IMG/VR virus record: IMGVR_UViG_3300025608_000011
Coordinates: 34,439 to 98,438 of that record
Source of the DNA: a virus
Lineage: Duplodnaviria; Caudoviricetes
Length of the DNA: 64,000 bases
Strand: one strand, 5' to 3'
The notes beneath the pieces are model-generated. The model saw only the letters and a list, made by a program, of their open reading frames with translations. It had not been told where the DNA came from and searched no databases. Position 1 is the first letter of the stretch; every line of letters starts with the position of its first letter. Below, piece after piece: positions 20,002 through 29,130 of this stretch. Position numbers and translations under genes: made by a program.

Positions 20002-21480
20002 ATGGCTTATCAAATTGATCGTTACAACAACACACCAATAACTGTTGTAGAAGATGGAACAGTAGATCAAACAACTGATCTTAAGTTCATAGGAAAAAAC
20101 TACGCAGGATATGGTGAAATCCAAAACGAAAACTTTTTATTTTTATTAGAAAACTTTTCTAGTGCTAACGAACCGCCTAAGGCAATATCAGGACAAATAT
20201 GGTACGACAGTGGTAGTTCAAAATTAAAGTTTTACGATGGAACAAAGTTCCGTACCACAGGTGGAGCGGAAGTAAGTGCTACAGCACCGACTGGCTTGAC
20301 CATAGGTGATTTTTGGTGGGACACTGCTAACGAACAATTATATGCTTTAGGTAGTGGCGGATATGTTTTAGTCGGCCCCCAGGGAACTGCTGGTAACATT
20401 ACACAAATGGTTACACGTCAAGTAAGAGACGTGCTTGCGGTAAATCATAATGTTATGATAGCATATGCAGAAAATAATCCAATATACACAGTTTCTGCTG
20501 ATAGTTTTGAAATTGACTCTTCAGATCAAGAAAACGCTATTCCAGGATTTACTCATATTAAACAAGGCTTAACTCTTGTTAATACAAATTATCAGACAGG
20601 TGTTACTACAACTGGTCACAGATATTGGGGCACAGCAGCTGACTCAGATAGATTAGGCGGCTTCGAAGCTTCTGACTATATAAGAGCTGGCGCAGCAGCG
20701 TTTACTGGTATTGCTGAATTTACAGATGATGGTATTGCAATCGGTGATGGCTTAGATTTAAAAATTTACATCGAAAACGATAATCAAGGTGTAATACAAA
20801 ACGCCGTTGGCAATAATAACCTAATTAAATTTAAAGCAAACAACCAATCTGGAACAGCAGTACATAGTGTAACAATTCAAAGCACAGGAATTAATCCTGC
20901 CTCTAGCTCTGCCTTTAGTCTAGGAACCTCCGTTTTAAAATGGAGCAATGTTTATGCTGATAATTTTGTCGGTGTTGCAACAGTAGCAGGAGGATTGACT
21001 CCGGATAGCGGAACAACAACTTATCTACCTAGTATTAATTCTGGTGTAAACACTGTTGCTTTAAGAGATGGAAGCGGCAATTTAACAGCAAATTTCTTTA
21101 ACGGTATATCTACTGGTGCAAAATATGCTGATTTAGCAGAAAAATATACTACAGAAGCTGAATATTCAGTAGGCACAGTAGTCGCAGTTTGTGAGCACGA
21201 AGAACACGAAATGGCATTAGCAACACCTGCAAGTGTTGTAGCTGGTGTAATTTCAGAAAAGCCTGCTTTCTTAATGAATGCAGAAGCACAAGGACAAGCA
21301 GTAGCATTAAAAGGAAGAGTACCTGTTAGAATTATAGGTGCTGTTAAGAAAGGGGATAAAGTTTTTGTAGCCCAAGATGGGCTAGCAAGCATTGAGGGCC
21401 AGGGAGAGCTTGTAGGAGTAGCATTAGAAACTAACTCTGATGTTTCAGAAAAATTAGTTGAATGTTTCCTAAAAGTATAA
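20002..21480 (+). CDS. Tail fibre protein with C-terminal intramolecular-chaperone/peptidase-G2-like domain
   Basis: Shared N-terminal module; C-terminal AKYADLAEKY...GTVV...GVIS..PA..MN...VALKGRVPV...KGD. Confidence 0.65.
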   Translation: MAYQIDRYNNTPITVVEDGTVDQTTDLKFIGKNYAGYGEIQNENFLFLLENFSSANEPPKAISGQIWYDSGSSKLKFYDGTKFRTTGGAEVSATAPTGLTIGDFWWDTANEQLYALGSGGYVLVGPQGTAGNITQMVTRQVRDVLAVNHNVMIAYAENNPIYTVSADSFEIDSSDQENAIPGFTHIKQGLTLVNTNYQTGVTTTGHRYWGTAADSDRLGGFEASDYIRAGAAAFTGIAEFTDDGIAIGDGLDLKIYIENDNQGVIQNAVGNNNLIKFKANNQSGTAVHSVTIQSTGINPASSSAFSLGTSVLKWSNVYADNFVGVATVAGGLTPDSGTTTYLPSINSGVNTVALRDGSGNLTANFFNGISTGAKYADLAEKYTTEAEYSVGTVVAVCEHEEHEMALATPASVVAGVISEKPAFLMNAEAQGQAVALKGRVPVRIIGAVKKGDKVFVAQDGLASIEGQGELVGVALETNSDVSEKLVECFLKV

Positions 21481-21483
21481 ATA
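21476..21483 (+). promoter_or_regulatory. T4 late promoter consensus TATAAATA
   Basis: Exact TATAAATA overlapping the stop codon of the upstream gene. Confidence 0.65.
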
Positions 21484-21517
21484 AACTACGTAGTTAATGT
21501 AATAGGAGTACTACATT

Positions 21518-22570
21518 ATGGCCCAAGGTGATCTTTTAACCGCCACCCGATACAATAACATACAAACAGATATATCTCTAGTGCTAGGAAATGGTTCTGG
21601 CAATTTTGGATACGGACAAACGGTAGAAAGTGTCCAAGTACAAGGCGGCAATGTAAAGTTAGTAGAAGCTACTGACATGCAAAAACTTTATAACGATTTA
21701 ATTAAATGTAGAGTACATCAAACAGGATTATTACCTTCAGATGTTATTGCAAATGTTCAGCCAGGCGACTTAATTACAGATGATACTGGCGGAACTGATA
21801 CTCCAGGAGTTCTTCCAGCAGATGGAGATTTAAAAGGTTATGTTAATTACGAAGATCTAACAGCAACTATTAAATCTGATGCAGAACGTTTTAAATTAGC
21901 TACCAGCCAAGCTGAAAATCTTGAATTAAAAACTAGTACAAACCAACCAGTTTCTTCTACTAAAAGTTCAGCTTGGACAGCAGGACAAGATAATCTAGTC
22001 CATGAGTTTTCAGTGAATTTTACAAACTACGATCATGCAAGACATTACTTCAACGCTGGCGGCAGAATTAACATGCAAGCAGAAGTAGCTCAAGGAACAA
22101 CGCAAAATACTAAACAGCGCGATTGGTATTTAATGCTTTTAAATATGGGTATTATAAGTTTTGGCCCTAATGCTACAACTAGCCAAGACCCTGACGCAGA
22201 CGGTGATACTGTTTACTTAAATCGTAATTATGCAGCTACTAACATAGGTTTCTGGGACTTAACAGAAACTAATCAAGTAGTTTATTCTAAAGAAGGCGAA
22301 CTAGGATCTGTATACGCAGAAAATGATTACACAATTTATGCACGTAGAGATGCTGTTCCTGCAGATCCTACTACAGGTGTGTTTAAAATTTACATAAGAA
22401 TTGAATTCAACGATGACGACCAAGGTGACGATCAAATTGCTGATGGTTATAATTATGCAACAGACGAGTCAGTTACTGCTCCTGTAAAAAGCATTGTAAA
22501 ATATTTTAGACCATCGGGCGACTATGTAGATGTTGCTGCCCCTACTGGTACTAACATTTCCACACTTTAA
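21518..22570 (+). CDS. Putative virion structural protein
   Basis: 350 aa, AGGAG RBS, late promoter; ARHYFNAGGRI motif; last gene of the structural run. Confidence 0.55.
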   Translation: MAQGDLLTATRYNNIQTDISLVLGNGSGNFGYGQTVESVQVQGGNVKLVEATDMQKLYNDLIKCRVHQTGLLPSDVIANVQPGDLITDDTGGTDTPGVLPADGDLKGYVNYEDLTATIKSDAERFKLATSQAENLELKTSTNQPVSSTKSSAWTAGQDNLVHEFSVNFTNYDHARHYFNAGGRINMQAEVAQGTTQNTKQRDWYLMLLNMGIISFGPNATTSQDPDADGDTVYLNRNYAATNIGFWDLTETNQVVYSKEGELGSVYAENDYTIYARRDAVPADPTTGVFKIYIRIEFNDDDQGDDQIADGYNYATDESVTAPVKSIVKYFRPSGDYVDVAAPTGTNISTL

Positions 22571-22573
22571 TAC

Positions 22574-22602
22574 TTGACACCTTAGACTATATTTGCTATA
22601 AT
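22574..22602 (+). promoter_or_regulatory. Consensus sigma70 promoter with extended -10
   Basis: TTGACA (22574-79), 17-bp spacer, TGc-TATAAT (22597-602). Confidence 0.85.
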
Positions 22603-22620
22603 ACAATTTATAGTCTAAGG
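22580..22620. repeat. Perfect 12-bp inverted repeat spanning the -10 box and RBS
   Basis: CCTTAGACTATA (22580-91) and TATAGTCTAAGG (22609-20). Confidence 0.9.
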
Positions 22621-22628
22621 AGAATATT

Positions 22629-22976
22629 ATGGACGAAAGATTAGAAAAAGCACTTGACTTTTCTAATTACATGATTACGCTTAATAATCAAAAACGTATC
22701 CTGCAAGAAAGCGTTTATCAAGATCTTATTTATTATACCAGCGGTAGTAAATTTACAGTAAACCGAGAGCTCATATGCTTCTGTTCTACTCTTGTAAATT
22801 TTAAAAGAGAATCCGTGGTGTTAATTGACGACAACGATATTCCTGTAAAAATAGATGACATAAACAAATTTTTAGAAGATATTTTAGACACATATTTTAT
22901 TGCAACTAATAAATTTAACACAGAATATCAAAAATTAAAATCTAACCGAAGTGTAGAAAAATTAGTAGAACTATGA
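22629..22976 (+). CDS. Hypothetical protein, first gene of the glycosyltransferase operon
   Basis: AAGGAG RBS; ATGA-coupled to the next gene. Confidence 0.7.
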   Translation: MDERLEKALDFSNYMITLNNQKRILQESVYQDLIYYTSGSKFTVNRELICFCSTLVNFKRESVVLIDDNDIPVKIDDINKFLEDILDTYFIATNKFNTEYQKLKSNRSVEKLVEL

Positions 22977-23869
22977 GTAAAGGCGTTTTAGTATTTGCTA
23001 GAAACAACAATACCGTAGACTATGTAAAACAAGCGTACTTTTTAGCAAAGCAGGTAAAAAAATACTTACAACTACCTACTACTATTGTTACAGATAGTGG
23101 TGATTATCTGCGATTGTCCTTTCCAGATTACGAAACTGTGTTTGACAGAGTTATTAATATTGTATGGAATAAAAAAGATTTATCTAAAGATACAACACTC
23201 AGTAAGACAGAAAATCACACATTTAAAAGATACCACGACGGAACTTTAGTAGAAAAGAAATTAGAATTTAAAAACGAAACTAGGACACTGGCATATGATG
23301 TTAGTCCTTATGACGAAACTCTTTTGTTAGATAGCGATATTGTTGTTAACAACGACTTATATAAATGGTGTTTCACACAGCCTAATAATTTTTTAATTTA
23401 TAAAACAGCATACGACTTAGCCGATTTTAGAGATTATAGAGAATTTGAATATATTAGTGACTCGAGTATAGATTTTTATTGGGCTACTTGTGTATTTTTT
23501 AGAAAAACTGAGTCTAATAAAATTTTCTTTGACCTAGTACAACACATACAAGAAAATTGGACTCACTATAAAAACGTGTATCAACTTAACAGAGTAGTGT
23601 ATAGAAATGATCATGCATTTAGTATAGCAATTCATATTATGAACGGATTTCAATCAGGAACTATGTTTGCAAAAGAAATGCCAGGAAAACTTTTTTACAC
23701 CACTGACAAAGATATTTTGCATAAAATAGACAACGACGAAATGCTGTTTTTATTAGAGAAACAATCGCATCGTGGAGAATATACTGCGGCAAGATTCAAA
23801 CATTATAATATTCATGTAATGAATAAATTTAGTTTAAACAGATGTATAGACGAGGTACTCGATGTCTAA
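22973..23869 (+). CDS. GT-A fold glycosyltransferase-like protein
   Basis: KGVLVFA N-terminal strand; SPYDETLLLDSD (DxD); RNDHAFSIA. Confidence 0.65.
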   Translation: MSKGVLVFARNNNTVDYVKQAYFLAKQVKKYLQLPTTIVTDSGDYLRLSFPDYETVFDRVINIVWNKKDLSKDTTLSKTENHTFKRYHDGTLVEKKLEFKNETRTLAYDVSPYDETLLLDSDIVVNNDLYKWCFTQPNNFLIYKTAYDLADFRDYREFEYISDSSIDFYWATCVFFRKTESNKIFFDLVQHIQENWTHYKNVYQLNRVVYRNDHAFSIAIHIMNGFQSGTMFAKEMPGKLFYTTDKDILHKIDNDEMLFLLEKQSHRGEYTAARFKHYNIHVMNKFSLNRCIDEVLDV

Positions 23870-24692
23870 AGGATTTGTTATGATGGCAGTTGGCAAAGAC
23901 TATGTATTACAAGCATGTCTTTGTGCTATGAGCATTAAACATACAGGAAATATGTTTCCTATAAGTGTTATAACCAACGATAAAATTCCATCCAAATATA
24001 AAAAATTATTTGATAAAATTGTAAAGATACCTTGGTCTAATAATAAAGTAGATAGATTTGCCACCACAGATAGATGGAAAATATATCATGCAAGTCCTTA
24101 TGAAGAAACTATAGTTTTAGACACTGACATATTAGTTTTACAAAGTTTAAATGATTTTTGGAAGACACTTGCAAATTATAATTTATACTTTTTAACAACA
24201 GCACATACATATCGTCATAAAGAAGTTACAAGCGATTATTATAGAAAAGCATTTACTAAAAACAAACTACCTAATCTATATAGTGCTGTACATTACTTCA
24301 AAAAAGGACCAGAAGCACATAATTTTTATAAATGGGTAGAATTAGTATCTAACAACTGGGAATTTTTCTATGGACAATTTTGCAAAGAATTTTATCCCAA
24401 ACTACCGAGCATGGATATAACATATGCTATTGTAAGTAAAATTTTAGATATTGACACTGAAGTAGTAAATTCTAAATCAAAATTTCCTATGTTAGTACAT
24501 ATGAAGCCAAGAATACAAGAATGGAGACACATGCCAACTAGTTGGCAAACAAAGGTAGGTGCATACTTAACAGACGATTGCTTGTTAACAATAGGAAATA
24601 CCTTGCAACAAGGCGTATTTCATTACACAGAAAATGACTTTGTTCGACAAGAGTTTTTAGATAGATATGCTAATGCAATAGGATTAGAATAA
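23862..24692 (+). CDS. GT-A fold glycosyltransferase-like protein (paralog of 22973)
   Basis: KGFVMMA N-terminus; SPYEETIVLDTD (DxD); C-terminal HY. Confidence 0.65.
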   Translation: MSKGFVMMAVGKDYVLQACLCAMSIKHTGNMFPISVITNDKIPSKYKKLFDKIVKIPWSNNKVDRFATTDRWKIYHASPYEETIVLDTDILVLQSLNDFWKTLANYNLYFLTTAHTYRHKEVTSDYYRKAFTKNKLPNLYSAVHYFKKGPEAHNFYKWVELVSNNWEFFYGQFCKEFYPKLPSMDITYAIVSKILDIDTEVVNSKSKFPMLVHMKPRIQEWRHMPTSWQTKVGAYLTDDCLLTIGNTLQQGVFHYTENDFVRQEFLDRYANAIGLE

Positions 24693-25270
24693 TGTTTAAG
24701 AGTTATGTTTATTACGATACTGAAACAGGAGAAGTGATAGGAATATCTAATGTTGAAAACAAAGAACACGGATCTTACATTGTAGTTGATCATGAAGAAG
24801 TAAAAGAAGCAATGTTAGGAATTGTTCCTTTTAAATTCTTATCAGTAGTAATGGATATTAAAACTAAAAAATTTGTTTTAAAAAATAAAAAGAATGTAGA
24901 AGATGCAACTGACAACAGTGATGTAAACGAATTTTTATATGAAGTACCGGATAGATATTCTAAAGATTATGATATTTTAATTGAGCAAAATTGTAAAGAA
25001 AAATGCTGGAAAATTTTAATAGGTAAAGAATTGCAGACAGCCTTGTCGGGCGCACATTTTGATAGAGTATTTGACTTTAGCATTACAAAAAAAAGAAATC
25101 CTAATATTTTTTACAGACGTTTAGAATTTGACATGCGTCAATTAATTAGCAGAGGTGGATTAGACTTTCCATTTACGGATAATTTTGAACTTGACAATAC
25201 TGCTATAAGCCTATATACTAATAAAAAATTTGATGTATATGCATACAGAAAGGTAGAAAATGAAGTTTAG
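24692..25270 (+). CDS. Hypothetical protein
   Basis: 192-aa ORF overlapping both neighbours. Confidence 0.6.
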   Translation: MFKSYVYYDTETGEVIGISNVENKEHGSYIVVDHEEVKEAMLGIVPFKFLSVVMDIKTKKFVLKNKKNVEDATDNSDVNEFLYEVPDRYSKDYDILIEQNCKEKCWKILIGKELQTALSGAHFDRVFDFSITKKRNPNIFYRRLEFDMRQLISRGGLDFPFTDNFELDNTAISLYTNKKFDVYAYRKVENEV

Positions 25271-26186
25271 AGTAGCAGATTGTGATATAATTTATTTAAG
25301 TTACGACGAGCCGAACGCTGAAGAAAATTACGCAGATTTATGCACAAAAGTTCCCTGGGCAAAAAGAGTTCATGGAGTTCACGGAAGCGATGCAGCACAT
25401 AAAGCGTGTGCAAATATTTCAGAAACAGATAGATTTATTACAGTTGATGGTGATAACATCATTGATGAAAATTTTATCAATCAAGAAATTGATTTTACAG
25501 AGCACAAAAGTTTAGAAAAAACAGTAATTAGTTGGTGCGGACAAAATGTTATTAATAGTTTAATGTACGGTAATGGCGGATTAAAATGTTGGCCTAAAGA
25601 ATATGTGCTTAACATGCGCACTCATGAAAATGCTGATCCTAACAACGAACATGCACAGGTAGATTTTTGTTGGGACGCAAAATATATCCAAATGAATAGT
25701 TGCTATTCTACAGTATATAATAATGCAACTCCACAGCAAGCCTGGCGAGCAGGGTTTAGAGAAGGTGTAAAACTTGCACTTGACAGAGGTGTAAGAGTAG
25801 GTAAATCAGAATTTTTACAAAAGGCGCACTGGAAAAACTTACACATGTTATATGTGTGGGCAATGATAGGTGCCGATATAAAGAACGGAGATTATGCAAT
25901 TTTAGGAACTAGAGCAGGATTGTATAAAACTATGTGTACAGAATGGGATTATGTGCAAGTTCGTGATTTTGAACATCTTAATAACTTATGGTCAGAAGAA
26001 TTTGCAACTATTCAAAGTAGTGCAGTTTACGAAGAAGCGTGTAAATATACAGATGTTTTAGTAGAACAATTAGGTATAACTATTGATCATCCGTTATCTC
26101 CAGGACAAAGCAAGTTTTTTAAACATTTGTATCAAAATCCAAAAAGAAACCGCAAGTTAGAACAGCTAATTATAGATCCGGAATGA
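25260..26186 (+). CDS. Glycosyltransferase-like protein (GT-A, DxD)
   Basis: DIIYLSYDEPNA...RVHGV.G...AHK...FITVDGD...YGNGGLK...AWRAGFRE; paralog of 32885. Confidence 0.6.
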   Translation: MKFRVADCDIIYLSYDEPNAEENYADLCTKVPWAKRVHGVHGSDAAHKACANISETDRFITVDGDNIIDENFINQEIDFTEHKSLEKTVISWCGQNVINSLMYGNGGLKCWPKEYVLNMRTHENADPNNEHAQVDFCWDAKYIQMNSCYSTVYNNATPQQAWRAGFREGVKLALDRGVRVGKSEFLQKAHWKNLHMLYVWAMIGADIKNGDYAILGTRAGLYKTMCTEWDYVQVRDFEHLNNLWSEEFATIQSSAVYEEACKYTDVLVEQLGITIDHPLSPGQSKFFKHLYQNPKRNRKLEQLIIDPE

Positions 26187-27721
26187 GCAGTAAGTACTAC
26201 GATAACGTAAAAAAGACTAAAGAAGATTTAGAAACAATATCTTCTACCATGTGTTTGGCTAAATGGTATCAAGTTAGTCTACATCTTCCGCAAGGTCTTA
26301 CACAAAGTTGTTACCACCCTCCGACTCATTTAATTCCTGTTGTACAATTAGATGATAATCCGGGTGTTCTGCATAACACACCTGAAAAAATAGAACAAAG
26401 AAAACAGATGCTAAAAGGCGAAAGACCCTCTGGATGTCAATACTGCTGGAATATAGAAGACGCTCCAAGTGGCCCCCACTATAGCGATAGACATTATAGA
26501 AGCAGTGAATGGTGGGTAGAAGATAAACTACGTGATGCAAAAAAAGAAACATGGACGGCACTACCTCGCTATGTAGAAGTTAACTTTAACCAAGCATGTA
26601 ATTTTAAATGTGTATATTGCAGTCCCCATTTAAGCACAGCATGGGAAACTGAAGTAAAAGAACACGGTGCAGTGCCAACAGCAAATGGGTTTCATAATGA
26701 TATAAACAGTTTAGATCACAAAGGATTAATGCCGATAAAAGTTTCTAATAGCGAAAATCCTTATGTACAAGCATTTTGGAAATGGTGGCCTGATCTGTAC
26801 AAAGAATTAAAAGTATTTAGAATGACAGGCGGAGAGCCGTTAATGGACAAAAATACCTTTAAGGTATTAGACTATGTAGACAAAAATCCTAATGCATTTT
26901 TAGATCTAAGTATTACTAGTAATATGTGTCCTCCTAGCCAAGAACTGTTTGATAAATTTATTTCTAAGTTGCAAAAACTAGAAGAAGTTCGGATCTGGGA
27001 AGATCAAGAAAAGATAAATCCCCATACAGGAAATAATTGGTATGTATCACCTGCTTGTAAACATTTTAGTTTATTTGTAAGTGTAGACAGTGTAGGAGAA
27101 CATGCTGAGTACATAAGAGAAGGACTAGATTTTGCTAGAATGATAGAAAATGTAAAATCTGTTCTTAACAATACTCACGGAACAGAAATTACATTTATTA
27201 ATACATTTAATTTAATGAGTGTTCCTAGACTTAAAGATTTTTTACAATTAATTCTTGATCTAAGAGTAGAATTTGGATTTGAAAATCAGTCAGAGCTAGA
27301 AATAACACCTCCTAAACAGGGAAATTTAACACATCCTCCTTTTGTAAGAAAACGTAGACAACGTATTTGGTTTGATATTCCTTATCTAAGATCTCCAGAT
27401 TGGATGGCTGTAGAAAATCTTTTTGAATATAAAGAATACACAGATACTTTAAATGAGTGCTTAGACTTTATGATAAAGAATCGAGAAGACGAGAATTACT
27501 CTAAAACGTTTCATGGATTTAAAGAATATGAAATTGATAAATTACGTAGAAATATTGCACATATGAAACAAAGTTTTATACATATGTCTGAAACTACAAA
27601 AAGTGAAAGAAAACAAAGTTTTAAAAAATACTTTAATGCGTTGGATTCTAGGCGTAACAGGAATTTTAGTAAAACATTTCCTGAATTAGAAACATGGTAT
27701 AATGATTGCAGCCAAACATAG
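26183..27721 (+). CDS. Radical SAM protein with N-terminal twitch-like auxiliary cluster domain
   Basis: CNFKCVYC; GGEP; N-terminal C...SCYH...CQYC. Confidence 0.9.
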   Translation: MSSKYYDNVKKTKEDLETISSTMCLAKWYQVSLHLPQGLTQSCYHPPTHLIPVVQLDDNPGVLHNTPEKIEQRKQMLKGERPSGCQYCWNIEDAPSGPHYSDRHYRSSEWWVEDKLRDAKKETWTALPRYVEVNFNQACNFKCVYCSPHLSTAWETEVKEHGAVPTANGFHNDINSLDHKGLMPIKVSNSENPYVQAFWKWWPDLYKELKVFRMTGGEPLMDKNTFKVLDYVDKNPNAFLDLSITSNMCPPSQELFDKFISKLQKLEEVRIWEDQEKINPHTGNNWYVSPACKHFSLFVSVDSVGEHAEYIREGLDFARMIENVKSVLNNTHGTEITFINTFNLMSVPRLKDFLQLILDLRVEFGFENQSELEITPPKQGNLTHPPFVRKRRQRIWFDIPYLRSPDWMAVENLFEYKEYTDTLNECLDFMIKNREDENYSKTFHGFKEYEIDKLRRNIAHMKQSFIHMSETTKSERKQSFKKYFNALDSRRNRNFSKTFPELETWYNDCSQT

Positions 27722-27743
27722 CTATAATTTTAAGAGCGTAACG

Positions 27744-27749
27744 TAAATA
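27744..27749 (+). promoter_or_regulatory. Possible late promoter (TAAATA)
   Basis: TAAATA in the 50-nt gap before 27772; short motif in AT-rich DNA. Confidence 0.35.
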
Positions 27750-27771
27750 ACTTTAACAAAATGGTGTATGA

Positions 27772-29130
27772 ATGAGTAGAGATAAACGAGTAGACGATGT
27801 TGCAAAACGATTAAACAAGATCGGACCAGGATTTTGTGCAATGAAATGGTTGCATCAAACATTGTATTTGCATACAGGAGATAATCATAGTTGTTATCAT
27901 CCTCGCCCGCATCATATTCCGTTAAAAGAAATTGAAGCAGATCCTAGTGCCTTACACAATACAGAGTGGAAGAAGCAGCAACGTAAAACAATGCTAGAAG
28001 GCGGTCGTCCTGAAGAATGTTATTACTGCTGGAACATTGAAGATTTAGAAGGTGAACATTTATCTGATAGAATGTTTCACAGTGCAAGTAGCTTTGCTGA
28101 ACCTATGATTGAGGAACTAGCAGAATTACCATGGGACGCTCCTATTAATCCAAGATATTTAGAAGTGAGTTTCGGTAACGGATGTAACTATCGCTGTGGT
28201 TATTGTTGTCCGCAAGCAAGTACTCTTTGGATGGATGAAATACAAAAACATGGTAATTATGATCTAACATATAATCAGTACGGTATTGAATTTTTAGAGC
28301 ACGGTACATACTACGGACCCAAAGATGATAACCCTTATGTAGAAGCATTTTGGAAATGGTGGCCTAGTTTACGTAAAGACTTGCACACACTACGTATTAC
28401 AGGCGGCGAACCTTTAATGAATCCAGGAGCAATGCAGTTCTTTGACTTATTAGAAGACGAGCCAGCTCCGCAACTAGAGATTAGTTTAAATAGCAATCTT
28501 GGCGTTACTACTGCTAAAATGGATAGAATGTACACTCGTATTCAAAGTTTACTTGATAACAATAAAATTAAAAAATTTACATTGTTTACTAGCATTGATA
28601 CCTGGGGTCCACAAGCAGAGTATATGCGTACAGGTCTTAAATTAGATCATTGGGAACGTAATCTTAAAAAAGCGTTAGATATGGGCTTCGAAGTAAGTTT
28701 AATGTGTACATTTAATGTACTCTGTGTAACTAACTATAAAAGTTTAATGGAAAAAATGATTGAATGGAGAAATGAATATGGAAAACATGCTATTAGATTT
28801 GATGTTCCGTATTTAAAAGAACCACCACATTGGATGATTAACATTCTTCCGCAAAGTTTTATATCTTACATGGATGATACTTTGTCTTTTATTGATAACA
28901 ATATGGATTGGTTTAATCCTCAAGAATACGAAAAATTTAAACGTGTAACAAACTACATGAAAACACATCCTATTGCATCTGACAGAATAACACAAGGACA
29001 ACGAGACTTTTATTCGTTCTTTACAGAAAACGATAAAAGATTAGGAACTAACTTATTAGAAGTATTTCCAGAATACAGTGATTTTTACGATCATTGCAAA
29101 ACAATTTATGAAACATACGAGAAAGTGTAA
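27772..29130 (+). CDS. Radical SAM protein with N-terminal twitch-like domain (paralog of 26183)
   Basis: CNYRCGYC; GGEP; C...SCYH...CYYC; shares NPYV.AFWKWWP. Confidence 0.9.
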   Translation: MSRDKRVDDVAKRLNKIGPGFCAMKWLHQTLYLHTGDNHSCYHPRPHHIPLKEIEADPSALHNTEWKKQQRKTMLEGGRPEECYYCWNIEDLEGEHLSDRMFHSASSFAEPMIEELAELPWDAPINPRYLEVSFGNGCNYRCGYCCPQASTLWMDEIQKHGNYDLTYNQYGIEFLEHGTYYGPKDDNPYVEAFWKWWPSLRKDLHTLRITGGEPLMNPGAMQFFDLLEDEPAPQLEISLNSNLGVTTAKMDRMYTRIQSLLDNNKIKKFTLFTSIDTWGPQAEYMRTGLKLDHWERNLKKALDMGFEVSLMCTFNVLCVTNYKSLMEKMIEWRNEYGKHAIRFDVPYLKEPPHWMINILPQSFISYMDDTLSFIDNNMDWFNPQEYEKFKRVTNYMKTHPIASDRITQGQRDFYSFFTENDKRLGTNLLEVFPEYSDFYDHCKTIYETYEKV

